From an uncultured Dehalococcoidia bacterium (GTDB taxonomy: Bacteria; Chloroflexota; Dehalococcoidia; Lucifugimonadales; UBA1123), in the NCBI GenBank assembly GCA_964588665.1, contig CAZPQQ010000007.1, positions 1 through 32,000 on the forward strand: a stretch of DNA of 32,000 nucleotides, in the 5' to 3' direction. Of the stretch, positions 8,804 to 17,934 are shown one piece after another (within the stretch, counting starts at the first letter, position 1; each line of letters starts with the position of its first letter). The notes beneath the pieces are model-generated. The model was not told where the DNA came from and made no database searches. It saw nothing but the letters and a program-made list of their open reading frames with translations. A program made the position numbers and the translations under genes.

Positions 8804-11800
8804 TCAGGGCAGGCTGCGACCGATCCATCGGGTGTTGTACTCCCGCAGATACTCCTGGCGCTGCTGATCGTCGGGATAGGACTCCTGATCCGTGTACGGA
8901 TAGCTCGACATGTCATGGAAGGGAAGCGGGGCCACGGTGGAGCCGTAGGCCGTGTCGGCCCACATGTCCTTAACGTACCCGTCGACGTACACGAGGAAGT
9001 CGCGCGTCCATCCCTGGGGCAGCGGACCTGCTTCGTCGGCTGAGAAGCTTATGGCGATCTCCTCGCCGTGGTGCATGATCACGTACTGGTCGTCGGGCGC
9101 GTCCAGCAGCGGCGTGACCTCCCCGTACCTCGTATAGTACCCCGCCTGGTCGCCAAACGGCGCCGAGTCGTTGGGTTGGTCGTAGAGGAACACGGGCGGG
9201 TTGTTGCCGTCCGGCAGATGAAGCTTCGGGTAGCCTCTCCAGCGCAGATCGGCTTGTTCGGGCTTCAACGTAGTGATGTTCACCGCCGCGGCATCGGTCG
9301 CCGTGCTCACCCTGATTCTATCCCAGTAGACCTCCATGTTGGTCGCAATCCTGACGCGGTAGTCATCGGACAGGAACACGCCGGTCAGATCCACGGTCAT
9401 CGTCTTGGGCAGGCCGGCTGGGAAGCCCAGGTCCTCGACAACCGTGACCCATCGGCCTTCGTCATCGCCCCATACCTGGAGGATCGGCGCCTGCAGGTTG
9501 ATCCCGTCATCCAAGGCTTGCCGCACGCTTTCCGAGTTCCAGTACTCTATCCAGCTGTCCATGAGCAGCAGGACTCTTTCGGCGCCGGAGAGGTCTCCGA
9601 GGTCGAGAACGACAGAGTGTGATTTGGCAATTCCTTGGTACGGGAGGAGTTGAAACGTCGGATAAGTCCGGTCGAATTCGCTTATCGCCGGAAGGATGTC
9701 TCGCCCGCCGCCGTCCACTGCCGTCACGGGCAGCCTGGCGTCGCCCGTGACGTGGACCTCGAACTCGGGGAACGGCGGGCCCATCTTCAGCACCTCGTTG
9801 GGGTGGACCTCCGTGCCCGAAGGATGGTCCACCACGAGCAATCGGACCTGATCGATGTAGCTGACTTCCTCGAGTTGCTCGGTGATCCTGATCGTGTATT
9901 TCCCGTCTCGCTCCTGCAACAGGCGCCCGTCGACTTTGACGTACTCGTCGGAGTCGGGCTGATAGTAGGTGTCCGGTCCGACAAGGATGCCGATGAAACC
10001 GGCGCCCAGGAAATCGGTGATGAACGCGTATCCTTCCCCGTCCCAGGTGTAGAGCAGCGGACAGGACGACTTTCGGCCCTGCTCCGTGATGGTCAGCGCG
10101 CGGTTCACGGCGACATCGTTGGGCCGCTGCCGAAGCCCGCTGGGCCAAAGAACGTGAACCATCCCGATCTGCTGTTGATCGCCGAGGCCGAATAGCAGAT
10201 TGGGGCTGTTTTGAGACAGGTACCCCGATCCGCCGGACACCTCTCTCTTCTGCCGGCGTCCTCCCGTCTTGACCTCCACTTTGCTGCCGAGACCCATGCG
10301 GTTGCTGCCGTCGCCTACCGTCGTCACCTTGAGCCACGTGTTTCGGGCGCCGCCTTCGTTTTCCAACAGCATGGGGCTGGCGCCATTGCGGACGATAAAA
10401 GCGTCCACATCCCCGTCGTCGTCGTAGTCGCCCAAAGTCAGTCCACGTCCGCCGGCGCCGCCCACGCCCTGTAGTCCGACATCGGCCGTTGCGTCGATGA
10501 AACCTCCGTCGCCGAGGTTCCGGTAGAGCACAACCGCGCCCTCGGATTGGTCGACCACCAACATGACATCTAGATAACCGTCGTTGTCGTAATCGACAAA
10601 GGAGGCACCCCAGGCTCGACGGTCCTCGCCCGCCGCTGCCGCCTGCTGGAAGGATGCGTCGACGGCGAATGAGCCGTTGCCGAGGTTGCTGAGCAGCGAC
10701 ACACCGTTCGTCGTCCCGGAGTTGACTAGCAAGTCGACGAAGCTGTCGCCGTTATAGTCGCCGGCCGCCACGCCTCGGGATGCGGTCACACCCGATAATC
10801 CCGCTTCGGCAGTGACATCGGCAAAACTGCCGTCCCGGTTGTTGCTGTACAAGACGCCGGGCTGTCCGTCGGCGCCAACATAGAGGTCAGAGTCGTTGTC
10901 GCCGTCGAAGTCTAGGAACACTGCCGTGACGCTTCTGCCGATGCCGTCTAGTCCGGCTTCGGCCGTCATGTCGACGAAGGCGCCATCGCCTGTGTTGCGG
11001 TAGAGAATGTTGCGTTGGCCAGGCAGCTCTTGCGGGAATCGAACCGTGGCTCCGCCGGCCATTCCCTGTGCATCGACGTAGTTGGCGACAAACAGGTCGA
11101 GGAAGCCGTCGTGATCGTAATCCACGAATGTGGCGCCCATGCCGAAGCCCGCGGCGTCGATGCCCGCCTCGACCGTGATGTCGGTGAAGGTCCCGTCGCC
11201 GTCGTTGCGGAAGAGGACGTCGGGCCCGAAGTTCGTGACGTACAGGTCGGGGTCGAGATCGTTGTCGAAATCTCCGAAGGCGACGCCCATCCCCTGCCCT
11301 GGATGGCCGACGCCTGCCTGGCTCGTGACGTCGGCGAAGGTCCCGTTTCCTTCGTTGCGATAGAGGGCGTTGCCGGATGACGCCTCGGTCGGGCCGGCGT
11401 TCACGACGTAGAGGTCGAGGAGTCCGTCTCCGTCGAAGTCCAGAAAGGCGGCGCCTGAGCCGTAGTACGGGGCAACGTGTTCGCGTAGGTACCGTGGGTC
11501 CGACGCAATGCGCTGACCGGGCTCGAACTCAGGGTGTAGCGCGGCGCCGTGAACGACCTCAATCCCCGATTCAGCGGTGACGTCGGCGAACCGCACTCCT
11601 ATGCCAGTCGATGCTGTAGCCGCGTCGCTCGGCCCATCGGGGTCCTCGACTGCCAAGGCGTATCTGCCTTCCTCGAGGTATACGCGTTGGCCGATCTCGT
11701 CGGCGCTTCTTCGGATGACGAACTTGTTGTAGGTGAGCATCTCGTTCAAGCCGCGCTTCTCGTCGCCGGCCTGTAGGAGGATCAGTCCCAAATTGTAGTG

Positions 11801-12340
11801 CGCCGCAGCTAGGGAACCGTCCACCTGAATGGCCTTCTCCAGCCGCTCTCTCGCCTCGGGGATTCTTCCGGTGTCGAAGTAGATCTTCCCGAGATAATAG
11901 TTGGTGTATGCATCGTTGGGGTCCACCCGCAGGACCTCGTTGAAGCGCTCGATAGCGGCCGCCTCTTGCCCCTGCAGAAGATCGAGTCGAGCCAGAACAT
12001 AGTTCAGATGAACGTTGTCGGGATCGAGCCCCTCGACCGAGCTCAGCGCCTGACGCGCCCTCTCGTCGGCCCCCGTGTGAAAGTAGGCTATTCCCAGGTT
12101 GACTCGGCCGTAGACGTATTCAGGGTCAAGCTCCACGGCCTTTTGAAACTCCTCGACGGCGTCGTTGAGCTGGCCCATTTGCATCAGGTTGATTCCGCGC
12201 ACGTTGTGGATGCGAAGCTGGTCGGCCTTATCCGGCACCGCATCTCGAAAGACGACGACGTAGACGCCGACCACGATTCCGGCCAACGCAACGATCGCGG
12301 CCAGCGCGATGTCTCTTTTCGATACGTCGATCATCTGCAC
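8804..12340 (-). CDS. Membrane-anchored TPR + FG-GAP/VCBS propeller + ASPIC/UnbV (CRTAC1-family) protein with a 420-aa unassigned C-terminal region
   Basis: N-terminal TM segment (IALAAIVALAGIVVGVYVVVF), TPR-like helices at about aa 40-200, and seven Ca-binding-type motifs (FLDFDGDGLLDLYV ... LGDYDDDGDVDAFI). The ASPIC/UnbV signature is NTWLKV...GLGSKVEV...SGGSGYLSQNSPNLLFGLG. Start is GTG 12340 or ATG 12334, 31 nt downstream of the preceding gene. Confidence 0.85.
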   Translation of the reverse strand: MQMIDVSKRDIALAAIVALAGIVVGVYVVVFRDAVPDKADQLRIHNVRGINLMQMGQLNDAVEEFQKAVELDPEYVYGRVNLGIAYFHTGADERARQALSSVEGLDPDNVHLNYVLARLDLLQGQEAAAIERFNEVLRVDPNDAYTNYYLGKIYFDTGRIPEARERLEKAIQVDGSLAAAHYNLGLILLQAGDEKRGLNEMLTYNKFVIRRSADEIGQRVYLEEGRYALAVEDPDGPSDAATASTGIGVRFADVTAESGIEVVHGAALHPEFEPGQRIASDPRYLREHVAPYYGSGAAFLDFDGDGLLDLYVVNAGPTEASSGNALYRNEGNGTFADVTSQAGVGHPGQGMGVAFGDFDNDLDPDLYVTNFGPDVLFRNDGDGTFTDITVEAGIDAAGFGMGATFVDYDHDGFLDLFVANYVDAQGMAGGATVRFPQELPGQRNILYRNTGDGAFVDMTAEAGLDGIGRSVTAVFLDFDGDNDSDLYVGADGQPGVLYSNNRDGSFADVTAEAGLSGVTASRGVAAGDYNGDSFVDLLVNSGTTNGVSLLSNLGNGSFAVDASFQQAAAAGEDRRAWGASFVDYDNDGYLDVMLVVDQSEGAVVLYRNLGDGGFIDATADVGLQGVGGAGGRGLTLGDYDDDGDVDAFIVRNGASPMLLENEGGARNTWLKVTTVGDGSNRMGLGSKVEVKTGGRRQKREVSGGSGYLSQNSPNLLFGLGDQQQIGMVHVLWPSGLRQRPNDVAVNRALTITEQGRKSSCPLLYTWDGEGYAFITDFLGAGFIGILVGPDTYYQPDSDEYVKVDGRLLQERDGKYTIRITEQLEEVSYIDQVRLLVVDHPSGTEVHPNEVLKMGPPFPEFEVHVTGDARLPVTAVDGGGRDILPAISEFDRTYPTFQLLPYQGIAKSHSVVLDLGDLSGAERVLLLMDSWIEYWNSESVRQALDDGINLQAPILQVWGDDEGRWVTVVEDLGFPAGLPKTMTVDLTGVFLSDDYRVRIATNMEVYWDRIRVSTATDAAAVNITTLKPEQADLRWRGYPKLHLPDGNNPPVFLYDQPNDSAPFGDQAGYYTRYGEVTPLLDAPDDQYVIMHHGEEIAISFSADEAGPLPQGWTRDFLVYVDGYVKDMWADTAYGSTVAPLPFHDMSSYPYTDQESYPDDQQRQEYLREYNTRWIGRSLP

Positions 12341-12371
12341 GGGCCTCTCGCTCCGGCGGCGACTGTCGCTA

Positions 12372-14126
12372 TCATTGCCGCTCCTTGGACACGGTCAGGA
12401 TCTGGTTGGCGTCGACGCGACTCAGGGTCTGCAGCTCTCCGTCAGGCCAACGGATCTCGACCGAATCGACGAACTCGTTTTCGCCCAGTCCGAAGTGCAC
12501 CCGGGTGTCGTTCATGGACAGGTAGCTGGAGCCAGCGACCACCGTCGTCTGCTGTCTTGCGCCGCCCGCATTGATCGTCACCGTTGCGCCGATCGCCTGC
12601 CTGTTGCCCGCGTCGCCTTTGAGATTGAGGACGAGCCACTTCCCCGCGGCGGCGCCGTTGTTCTGCAACAGCTTGACGCCTTCGCCCCGAGCCACAATGA
12701 GAATGTCCAAGTCTCCGTCATTGTCGTAGTCGGCGAAAGACGCGCCTCTGCCTACATCTTTCGTTGCCCACACCTCGCCGGCCACGTCGTTGACGAGGAC
12801 GAAGCCCTCCTCTCCCTTGTTCCGAAAGAGGAGGTTTCGCATTGTGTCGAGCTTTGTCTTGTCTTCGGGCGGCTCAAACGTGCTTCCGTTGACCACGAAC
12901 ACATCCAGGCGGCCGTCGTTGTCATAGTCGATGAAACCGACCCCCCAGCCAACGTAGCTCAACGAGCTCTCGCCCACGTCGGAGGCGATCCGGTCGACGA
13001 ACCTGATCTGATCGTCTATGGATTGGTCGGACATGTTGCGAAACAGTGCGTCGTCCTGAGCGATCCAATGGGTTATCCAGAGGTCCGGGTCCAGGTCGCC
13101 GTCGTAGTCGCCCACCGCGATGCCCATCGATCCCCTGGCGTCGGCGGTTCGGGCGTATTCGGCGACGTTCTCGAACGTGCCGTCCCCGCTGTTGATGAAG
13201 AGGGCGTCAGGGGATATGTCGTTCGCAACGTACAGGTCAGGGAGTCCGTCGGAGTTTAGATCGGCGAAGACAGCTTGCAGGCTGCGGCCCTCCGGATCGG
13301 CCACTCCCGCCGACGACGCCACTTCGGTAAACGTGCCGTCTCCGTCGTTGCGGTAGAGGCGGTTGGCCAGCGGGTCGTAGGAGAACGGATTCAGCGTGAA
13401 GGGGGTGTCGAGGCCGTACTGGCTGTTGAGCAGTGTGGCGGATTCGCCGCTGTCGCGCTGGAACGCTACATACTGGGGCACGTAGAGGTCGAGGTCGCCG
13501 TCGAGGTCGTAGTCGGCCACGGTCGATCCGGCAGGCCAGCCGCCCTCGATCGACAGGCCGCTCTCCACCGTAACGTCTTCGAAGACACCGGCGCCTTCGT
13601 TGCTGTAGAGCTTTTGCCAGCCGAACCCGGTCGTAAACAGGTCGATGTCGCCGTCGCCGTCGTGATCGAACCACACCGCGCCCATCCCCAGTCCCGTCTG
13701 CCTGATGTCAGAAGCCTCGGTCACGTCCTCGAAGGCGCCGTCGCCGAGGTTTCTGAAGAGCTTGCCCCGATCCATCGGGCGTTGACCCTGCTCGTCGCGC
13801 GAGCTGTTGACGATGAACAGATCGACGAAGCCGTCGGCGTCGTAATCTCCCCACGCTGCCCCGGACCCCATGTCTTCTGTCAGGACCGACGTCCTCACGT
13901 CGTTGAAGTGACTGAAGACAATGCCTGCCTCAGAGGTCACGTCGACAAACTGAACGCCGGCATCCTCGCTCCGAACGCTCCGTTGTTCGTCGGGCACGAA
14001 TCCCGGCGCCTCTTCCACACCCGACCTACATGCCCCGGCGCCGAACAGCGCAGAGATCGTCAAGGCAACAAGCAAGCCCGGCCCTGCGCATCTATTCACT
14101 CTCGCCAATTGCGAAGAATCTCCCAT
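12372..14126 (-). CDS. CRTAC1-family protein (FG-GAP/VCBS propeller + ASPIC/UnbV), secreted or lipoprotein
   Basis: Signal-like N-terminus ending ...ALFGAGAC, and seven DxDxDG-type motifs (WGDYDADGFVDLFI ... FADYDNDGDLDILI). The C-terminal ASPIC/UnbV signature is GKWLVLNL...AIGATVTI...AGSSYLSMNDTRVHFGLG. The ATG at 14126 overlaps the upstream gene by 35 nt. An in-frame GTG at 14099 would reduce the overlap to 8 nt. Confidence 0.85.
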   Translation of the reverse strand: MGDSSQLARVNRCAGPGLLVALTISALFGAGACRSGVEEAPGFVPDEQRSVRSEDAGVQFVDVTSEAGIVFSHFNDVRTSVLTEDMGSGAAWGDYDADGFVDLFIVNSSRDEQGQRPMDRGKLFRNLGDGAFEDVTEASDIRQTGLGMGAVWFDHDGDGDIDLFTTGFGWQKLYSNEGAGVFEDVTVESGLSIEGGWPAGSTVADYDLDGDLDLYVPQYVAFQRDSGESATLLNSQYGLDTPFTLNPFSYDPLANRLYRNDGDGTFTEVASSAGVADPEGRSLQAVFADLNSDGLPDLYVANDISPDALFINSGDGTFENVAEYARTADARGSMGIAVGDYDGDLDPDLWITHWIAQDDALFRNMSDQSIDDQIRFVDRIASDVGESSLSYVGWGVGFIDYDNDGRLDVFVVNGSTFEPPEDKTKLDTMRNLLFRNKGEEGFVLVNDVAGEVWATKDVGRGASFADYDNDGDLDILIVARGEGVKLLQNNGAAAGKWLVLNLKGDAGNRQAIGATVTINAGGARQQTTVVAGSSYLSMNDTRVHFGLGENEFVDSVEIRWPDGELQTLSRVDANQILTVSKERQ

Positions 14127-15432
14127 CCCATGTCCCTACATATATCGTTCCGTCCGAGGCTACCGCCGGCGACGCTTCGATCGCCTGCTCCACGGGCACG
14201 TCTCCCAATCTCGTCTCCCATCTCAATTCACCTTCAAGCGACAGAGCATACAACACCCCGTCCCATCCGCCGAAATAGACAGTGCCGTCGGACACGACCG
14301 CTGGTGAGGATCGAATCCACTGGGAGAGCGGGAACTCCCATTTCCTATCTCCATTCGGCCCGAAGGCGATGAACGGATAGGACGCGACCTGCTGGGGTTG
14401 GCTCGATCCCAACGGGGCCGTTCCTGTCGTGCCAACGTATATGGCGCCGTCACGCCCCAGAGCAGGGGAGGCGAAGACCATGAGTCCTTTGCCGACGGCG
14501 ACAGACCACTTCTCGATCCCGTCCGAGGTCAAAGCGTACAGCTTGCCATCGCCTGAGCCGAAGTAGACGGCGCCGTCCGGGGCAATCGCTGCTGGCGAGT
14601 CTATACGCCCTCCGGTTTCGAAAGACCACTTCAGGGAACCGTCGTGGTTCAGCGCGTAGAATGTCCCGTCGTTGGAGCCCACGTACACGGTCCCGTCCTT
14701 GCCGATGGAGGGCGCCGCCCTGACATAGTCGTCGGTGGGAAAGCTCCATGCTCGGGCGCCATCGGTGGAGAGGGCTTGGAGCGCCCCTCCGTGGTCGCCA
14801 AAGTAGATCGTCCCGTCGCGGGCCATCGCCGGAGATGAGAGCGATACTCGATGCGACAGGTCCTCGGGGTCGTATCGCCAGAGCGGCTGGCCGTCCAGCG
14901 ACACGGCGTGGAAGGCGCCGTCGTATGAGCCGAACAGAACGGAGTCCCCGGAAATCAGCGGCGTCGTCCTGATCGGCGCCGGCGCCTCCACGCTCCATAT
15001 CACCTCTCCGTTGGGGGTCAGGGCAAACAGGCCATGCCCGGACGTCTCGAACCTGTCCCCTTCCGCCGCCACGTATATCGTGCCGTCTTCTCCGATCGAG
15101 GCGCCGGCGAGTATCCGTTCGCCAAGTTTCTTGCTCCACTTGATCGCAGGCGAATCTATGGCAGGGGCTTCGACGCGGTTCGTGTGGAGGCTGTCGTGTC
15201 CGGAAGTACGCCACGCGCCGTCTTCGGGTTGAATCAGGCCTGCTTTGTCGAGGTCTGGATCGGGGGTCGCCAGACTCGCCGGGCTGGAAGTAGGCTGCGA
15301 CTCGCCACAGCCCGTCGTCAATGAAACCAGGACGAACAGCGCTGCGAGAATACCCAGGATCCGGGCATTCTGGGCGCCACGGCTCTCGGAGAAAATCGCC
15401 GTTACCCTACGTCGGCACGGGGCTGTCATCAC
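14092..15432 (-). CDS. PQQ-like beta-propeller repeat lipoprotein (BamB-fold)
   Basis: Lipobox LVSLTTGC after a hydrophobic signal, then repeated DGTIYV/DGAVYFGS.DG.LYAL...G...W units typical of PQQ-like (PF13360-type) propellers. Confidence 0.8.
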   Translation of the reverse strand: MMTAPCRRRVTAIFSESRGAQNARILGILAALFVLVSLTTGCGESQPTSSPASLATPDPDLDKAGLIQPEDGAWRTSGHDSLHTNRVEAPAIDSPAIKWSKKLGERILAGASIGEDGTIYVAAEGDRFETSGHGLFALTPNGEVIWSVEAPAPIRTTPLISGDSVLFGSYDGAFHAVSLDGQPLWRYDPEDLSHRVSLSSPAMARDGTIYFGDHGGALQALSTDGARAWSFPTDDYVRAAPSIGKDGTVYVGSNDGTFYALNHDGSLKWSFETGGRIDSPAAIAPDGAVYFGSGDGKLYALTSDGIEKWSVAVGKGLMVFASPALGRDGAIYVGTTGTAPLGSSQPQQVASYPFIAFGPNGDRKWEFPLSQWIRSSPAVVSDGTVYFGGWDGVLYALSLEGELRWETRLGDVPVEQAIEASPAVASDGTIYVGTWDGRFFAIGESE

Positions 15433-15459
15433 ATTCGCATCGTTCAGGTCAGCCCGCCC

Positions 15460-17625
15460 CTACCTGATTTTTCCGGTCTTTTGATTCAGCAACTCGACTT
15501 TGACGGTTGATGACGAGAGGTCGGTAATTGGGAAGGTGAGTCCGCTGTTGTCGGTGGTCACGTCCACGAACTTCTGGTGGAACTTGCGCATCCTCAGGTT
15601 CGCGCTGACGGTGAGAGGCCCCTCAACGTCTTCGGGCACTTCCAGCGTGTAGTCCACCTTTTCCGAGAAGCCCGGGAATATGACCCGCACGTATGTCGTG
15701 CCCACCATGTCCCATAGATTGTGGAGGTAGATGACGTCGCCCTCTTCGTCGATGGGGAACGATCGGAAGTAGTGGGCGTCCGGATCGACATAGTTGTCTT
15801 CGCCCACCCATCCGGAGTGGAACAGCGTCCTGCCGGACGCGTCCACTACCTTGGTTTCGATCCAGGTCTGAATCAGGTCCAGCGGGCCCGTCGGGAACTC
15901 GTGGCCGACTTTTCTGTTGGCGATGACCACGGAGTACTCCAAGGCTTCGGCGGGCTGAACGGACTCGGGGGCGGCGACGTCCGTGGCGACGGCGGGGCCC
16001 TCAAGCCATTTGTCCTGAATCTCCGGCACCAGGTACTCGCCTTTCAGCCATTTCTCGGTCAGCTCCACCTGCTCTTCTTCTCCAAGAAGCCATGGGATCG
16101 CCTGGTTGGCCGCCAGCCATCGATGGTTCCGGTGCTGGCCGGGGTGCGGACCAAAGGGATCGCCTTCGCTCACGCCCGAGCTCGCTTCCTCCACGTTCGG
16201 CGTCAGGGGCATGTGGCACTCGATGCACACGATTGTCTCCGGGCTATCCGGTCCCTGGTTCCACTTGCTCTCTTTCCAGTTGTCCAGTTGGTTCTGGAGC
16301 CTCACCCAGCCGAAGTTGTTGACAGATTCGTCGAGATACTGCTTGTGACAGGTTCCGCAATACTCGGGCAGTTTATAGTGAGCTTTGGAGAGCGATTCTT
16401 TGTGGGTCTGAGGATAGGCTCGAATCAAGAAGCTGCTCAGACGCCCCTTGAGACTGTCCTCGTCTTCCAATTCAAACAGGTACCTCGGCGGAGGGGTGAA
16501 CTCGTAGTTGGCGTTTCCTTTGGAGCCTTGGATCGCCGTTATGCCGTGGCAGACGGTGCAGGAGATTCCTTCTTCGGAGTGCGGGGTCTCTTGTCCCGTC
16601 TTCCCTTGCAGCTCCAGGGCGTCGGCAACTTCGGCTGTCAGACTGCCGGAGAGAATGGATACAGGATTGTGACACCCTCCGCAGTACCTGGTCGATTCGA
16701 TGCCGGTGTCGCCTTCCATCGCGCCGGCCACCGCTTTGAAGAACATGTCGCTGGCAGACCAGGAGTGGGCGCTTGCCTTCCACTCGTCGTAGATGTCCTT
16801 GTGGCACGAGCCGCAGTTCTCGGAGCCCGCCAACACGTCGGCGTTGATCGGGCTTCCTGTGCTGGAGTTGACGTTGCTGGGCAGGAACGGTCCCTGACCG
16901 TACTTGAGTCCGTAATCTTGGACCGGCACACCTGTCGATGCTTCAGGACCCGTGGAAGCGAGAGCGAAGCCGGCTCCGACGACAAGCAATAGGACCGCCA
17001 CGGCCGAGCTTCCTGCCAGCAACCGTCGTTGGGAGCTTCGCAACAAGGGCGCCAACTCCAGCGCCGCACGCCTCCTGACTCTTAGCCATGCCCGCACCAG
17101 GTGCCAGCAAAGGAGCGGCGCCAGGATGAAGCCGCTCCAGGTGTGGACGGTGTCTATCCAGTAGGTGATGCTGGTTCCGAACCACGCCTGCCACGTCAGT
17201 GCCAGTCCACTCGCGGCGCAGACCACGAACATCCAAAAGCTGAGATGCCCGAGAAGCCGGCCCCAGTCAAGGCGCTGCCGCCTTAGAGAGAGGTAGTGTT
17301 TCCAGAGATACCGACTGATGATGGCGCCCGCGACCAGGCCGAGAACGGTGTGGAGCAATACCAGCCATTGGACGGCTTTCCAGGCCCAACCCTGTGACTC
17401 CATGAAATCCGACGGCAACGGGGCGAGATATATTACGAGTCCGCTGAGAATCAGGTAGAGCAGAAGCCCGATTGCCAATGCAAGCAGCTTCGACGCCCAG
17501 CGGCGAGCACCCCCGTCAGGATTCTTCAACGAAGGGTTCACCTGAAGCCTCGTCGCCTCGTCGTCGGTCGCCGATGCCAGGTCGCCACTGTTCCGCTTGA
17601 CGCTTTCGAGCCCGTCAGATCGCAC
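15460..17625 (-). CDS. Fusion protein: 5-TM His-rich membrane module (cytochrome b-like / DUF4405-like) + pentaheme c-type cytochrome domain + C-terminal beta-rich domain
   Basis: Five CXXCH motifs verified on the DNA: CGSCH 16801-16815, CGGCH 16669-16683, CTVCH 16546-16560, CGTCH 16345-16359, CIECH 16213-16227. Five hydrophobic helices lie at aa ~46-225, with His92, His127, His161 and His175 inside helices 2-4. A positive N-terminus (RRWASK) puts the heme domain outside the cell. Confidence 0.85.
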   Translation of the reverse strand: MRSDGLESVKRNSGDLASATDDEATRLQVNPSLKNPDGGARRWASKLLALAIGLLLYLILSGLVIYLAPLPSDFMESQGWAWKAVQWLVLLHTVLGLVAGAIISRYLWKHYLSLRRQRLDWGRLLGHLSFWMFVVCAASGLALTWQAWFGTSITYWIDTVHTWSGFILAPLLCWHLVRAWLRVRRRAALELAPLLRSSQRRLLAGSSAVAVLLLVVGAGFALASTGPEASTGVPVQDYGLKYGQGPFLPSNVNSSTGSPINADVLAGSENCGSCHKDIYDEWKASAHSWSASDMFFKAVAGAMEGDTGIESTRYCGGCHNPVSILSGSLTAEVADALELQGKTGQETPHSEEGISCTVCHGITAIQGSKGNANYEFTPPPRYLFELEDEDSLKGRLSSFLIRAYPQTHKESLSKAHYKLPEYCGTCHKQYLDESVNNFGWVRLQNQLDNWKESKWNQGPDSPETIVCIECHMPLTPNVEEASSGVSEGDPFGPHPGQHRNHRWLAANQAIPWLLGEEEQVELTEKWLKGEYLVPEIQDKWLEGPAVATDVAAPESVQPAEALEYSVVIANRKVGHEFPTGPLDLIQTWIETKVVDASGRTLFHSGWVGEDNYVDPDAHYFRSFPIDEEGDVIYLHNLWDMVGTTYVRVIFPGFSEKVDYTLEVPEDVEGPLTVSANLRMRKFHQKFVDVTTDNSGLTFPITDLSSSTVKVELLNQKTGKIR

Positions 17626-17934
17626 TCGTAACTCCGGATCGATGAGCCGCAGCCGTCAGGCATGGTCGGCCTCGCATCGATCACCTTCCGATTCGGTTGC
17701 ATGCATGATACCTTGCTCGGCGGTCAACTCTCCACTGCCGGAGCGTCAGGTCTGCCGCATGGGCGCCCACGCGCCTGGCAGCCGAGGGTCAGTCAGCGAT
17801 TGGCGCAAACTGGGCTCCAGCACTTATGATGAGTATGAGCGTGTCTGTCGGCTTCCTCAGCGGTGTGCGGCGCCGCGATGACCGCGCATGCAAGCTTTAC
17901 GATCTATCGTCGCCGATGGCGAACATAAAGAAGT

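Noticed and set aside
8803-8815. 13-nt identity (ctcagggcaggct) with the REP-like element at 4491-4503
   Set aside because: The match spans the stop codon and last codons (…GRSLP*) of the 1178-aa gene. It is short and GC-rich, and it has no flanking REP-like hairpin arms, so it is most likely coincidence.
7725-8867. 380-aa plus-strand ORF in an alternative frame of the MFS gene
   Set aside because: It is an out-of-frame overlap with the MFS transporter. The product is Arg/Gly/Pro-rich and non-hydrophobic, whereas the 7354-8697 frame gives a coherent 12-TM protein.
12309-14372. 316-aa (12309-13259) and 365-aa (13275-14372) plus-strand ORFs
   Set aside because: Both are antisense shadows of the CRTAC1-family gene 12372-14126 and have no family features.
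15721-16992. 423-aa plus-strand ORF
   Set aside because: It is antisense to the multiheme cytochrome gene, whose five CXXCH motifs I verified codon by codon on the minus strand.
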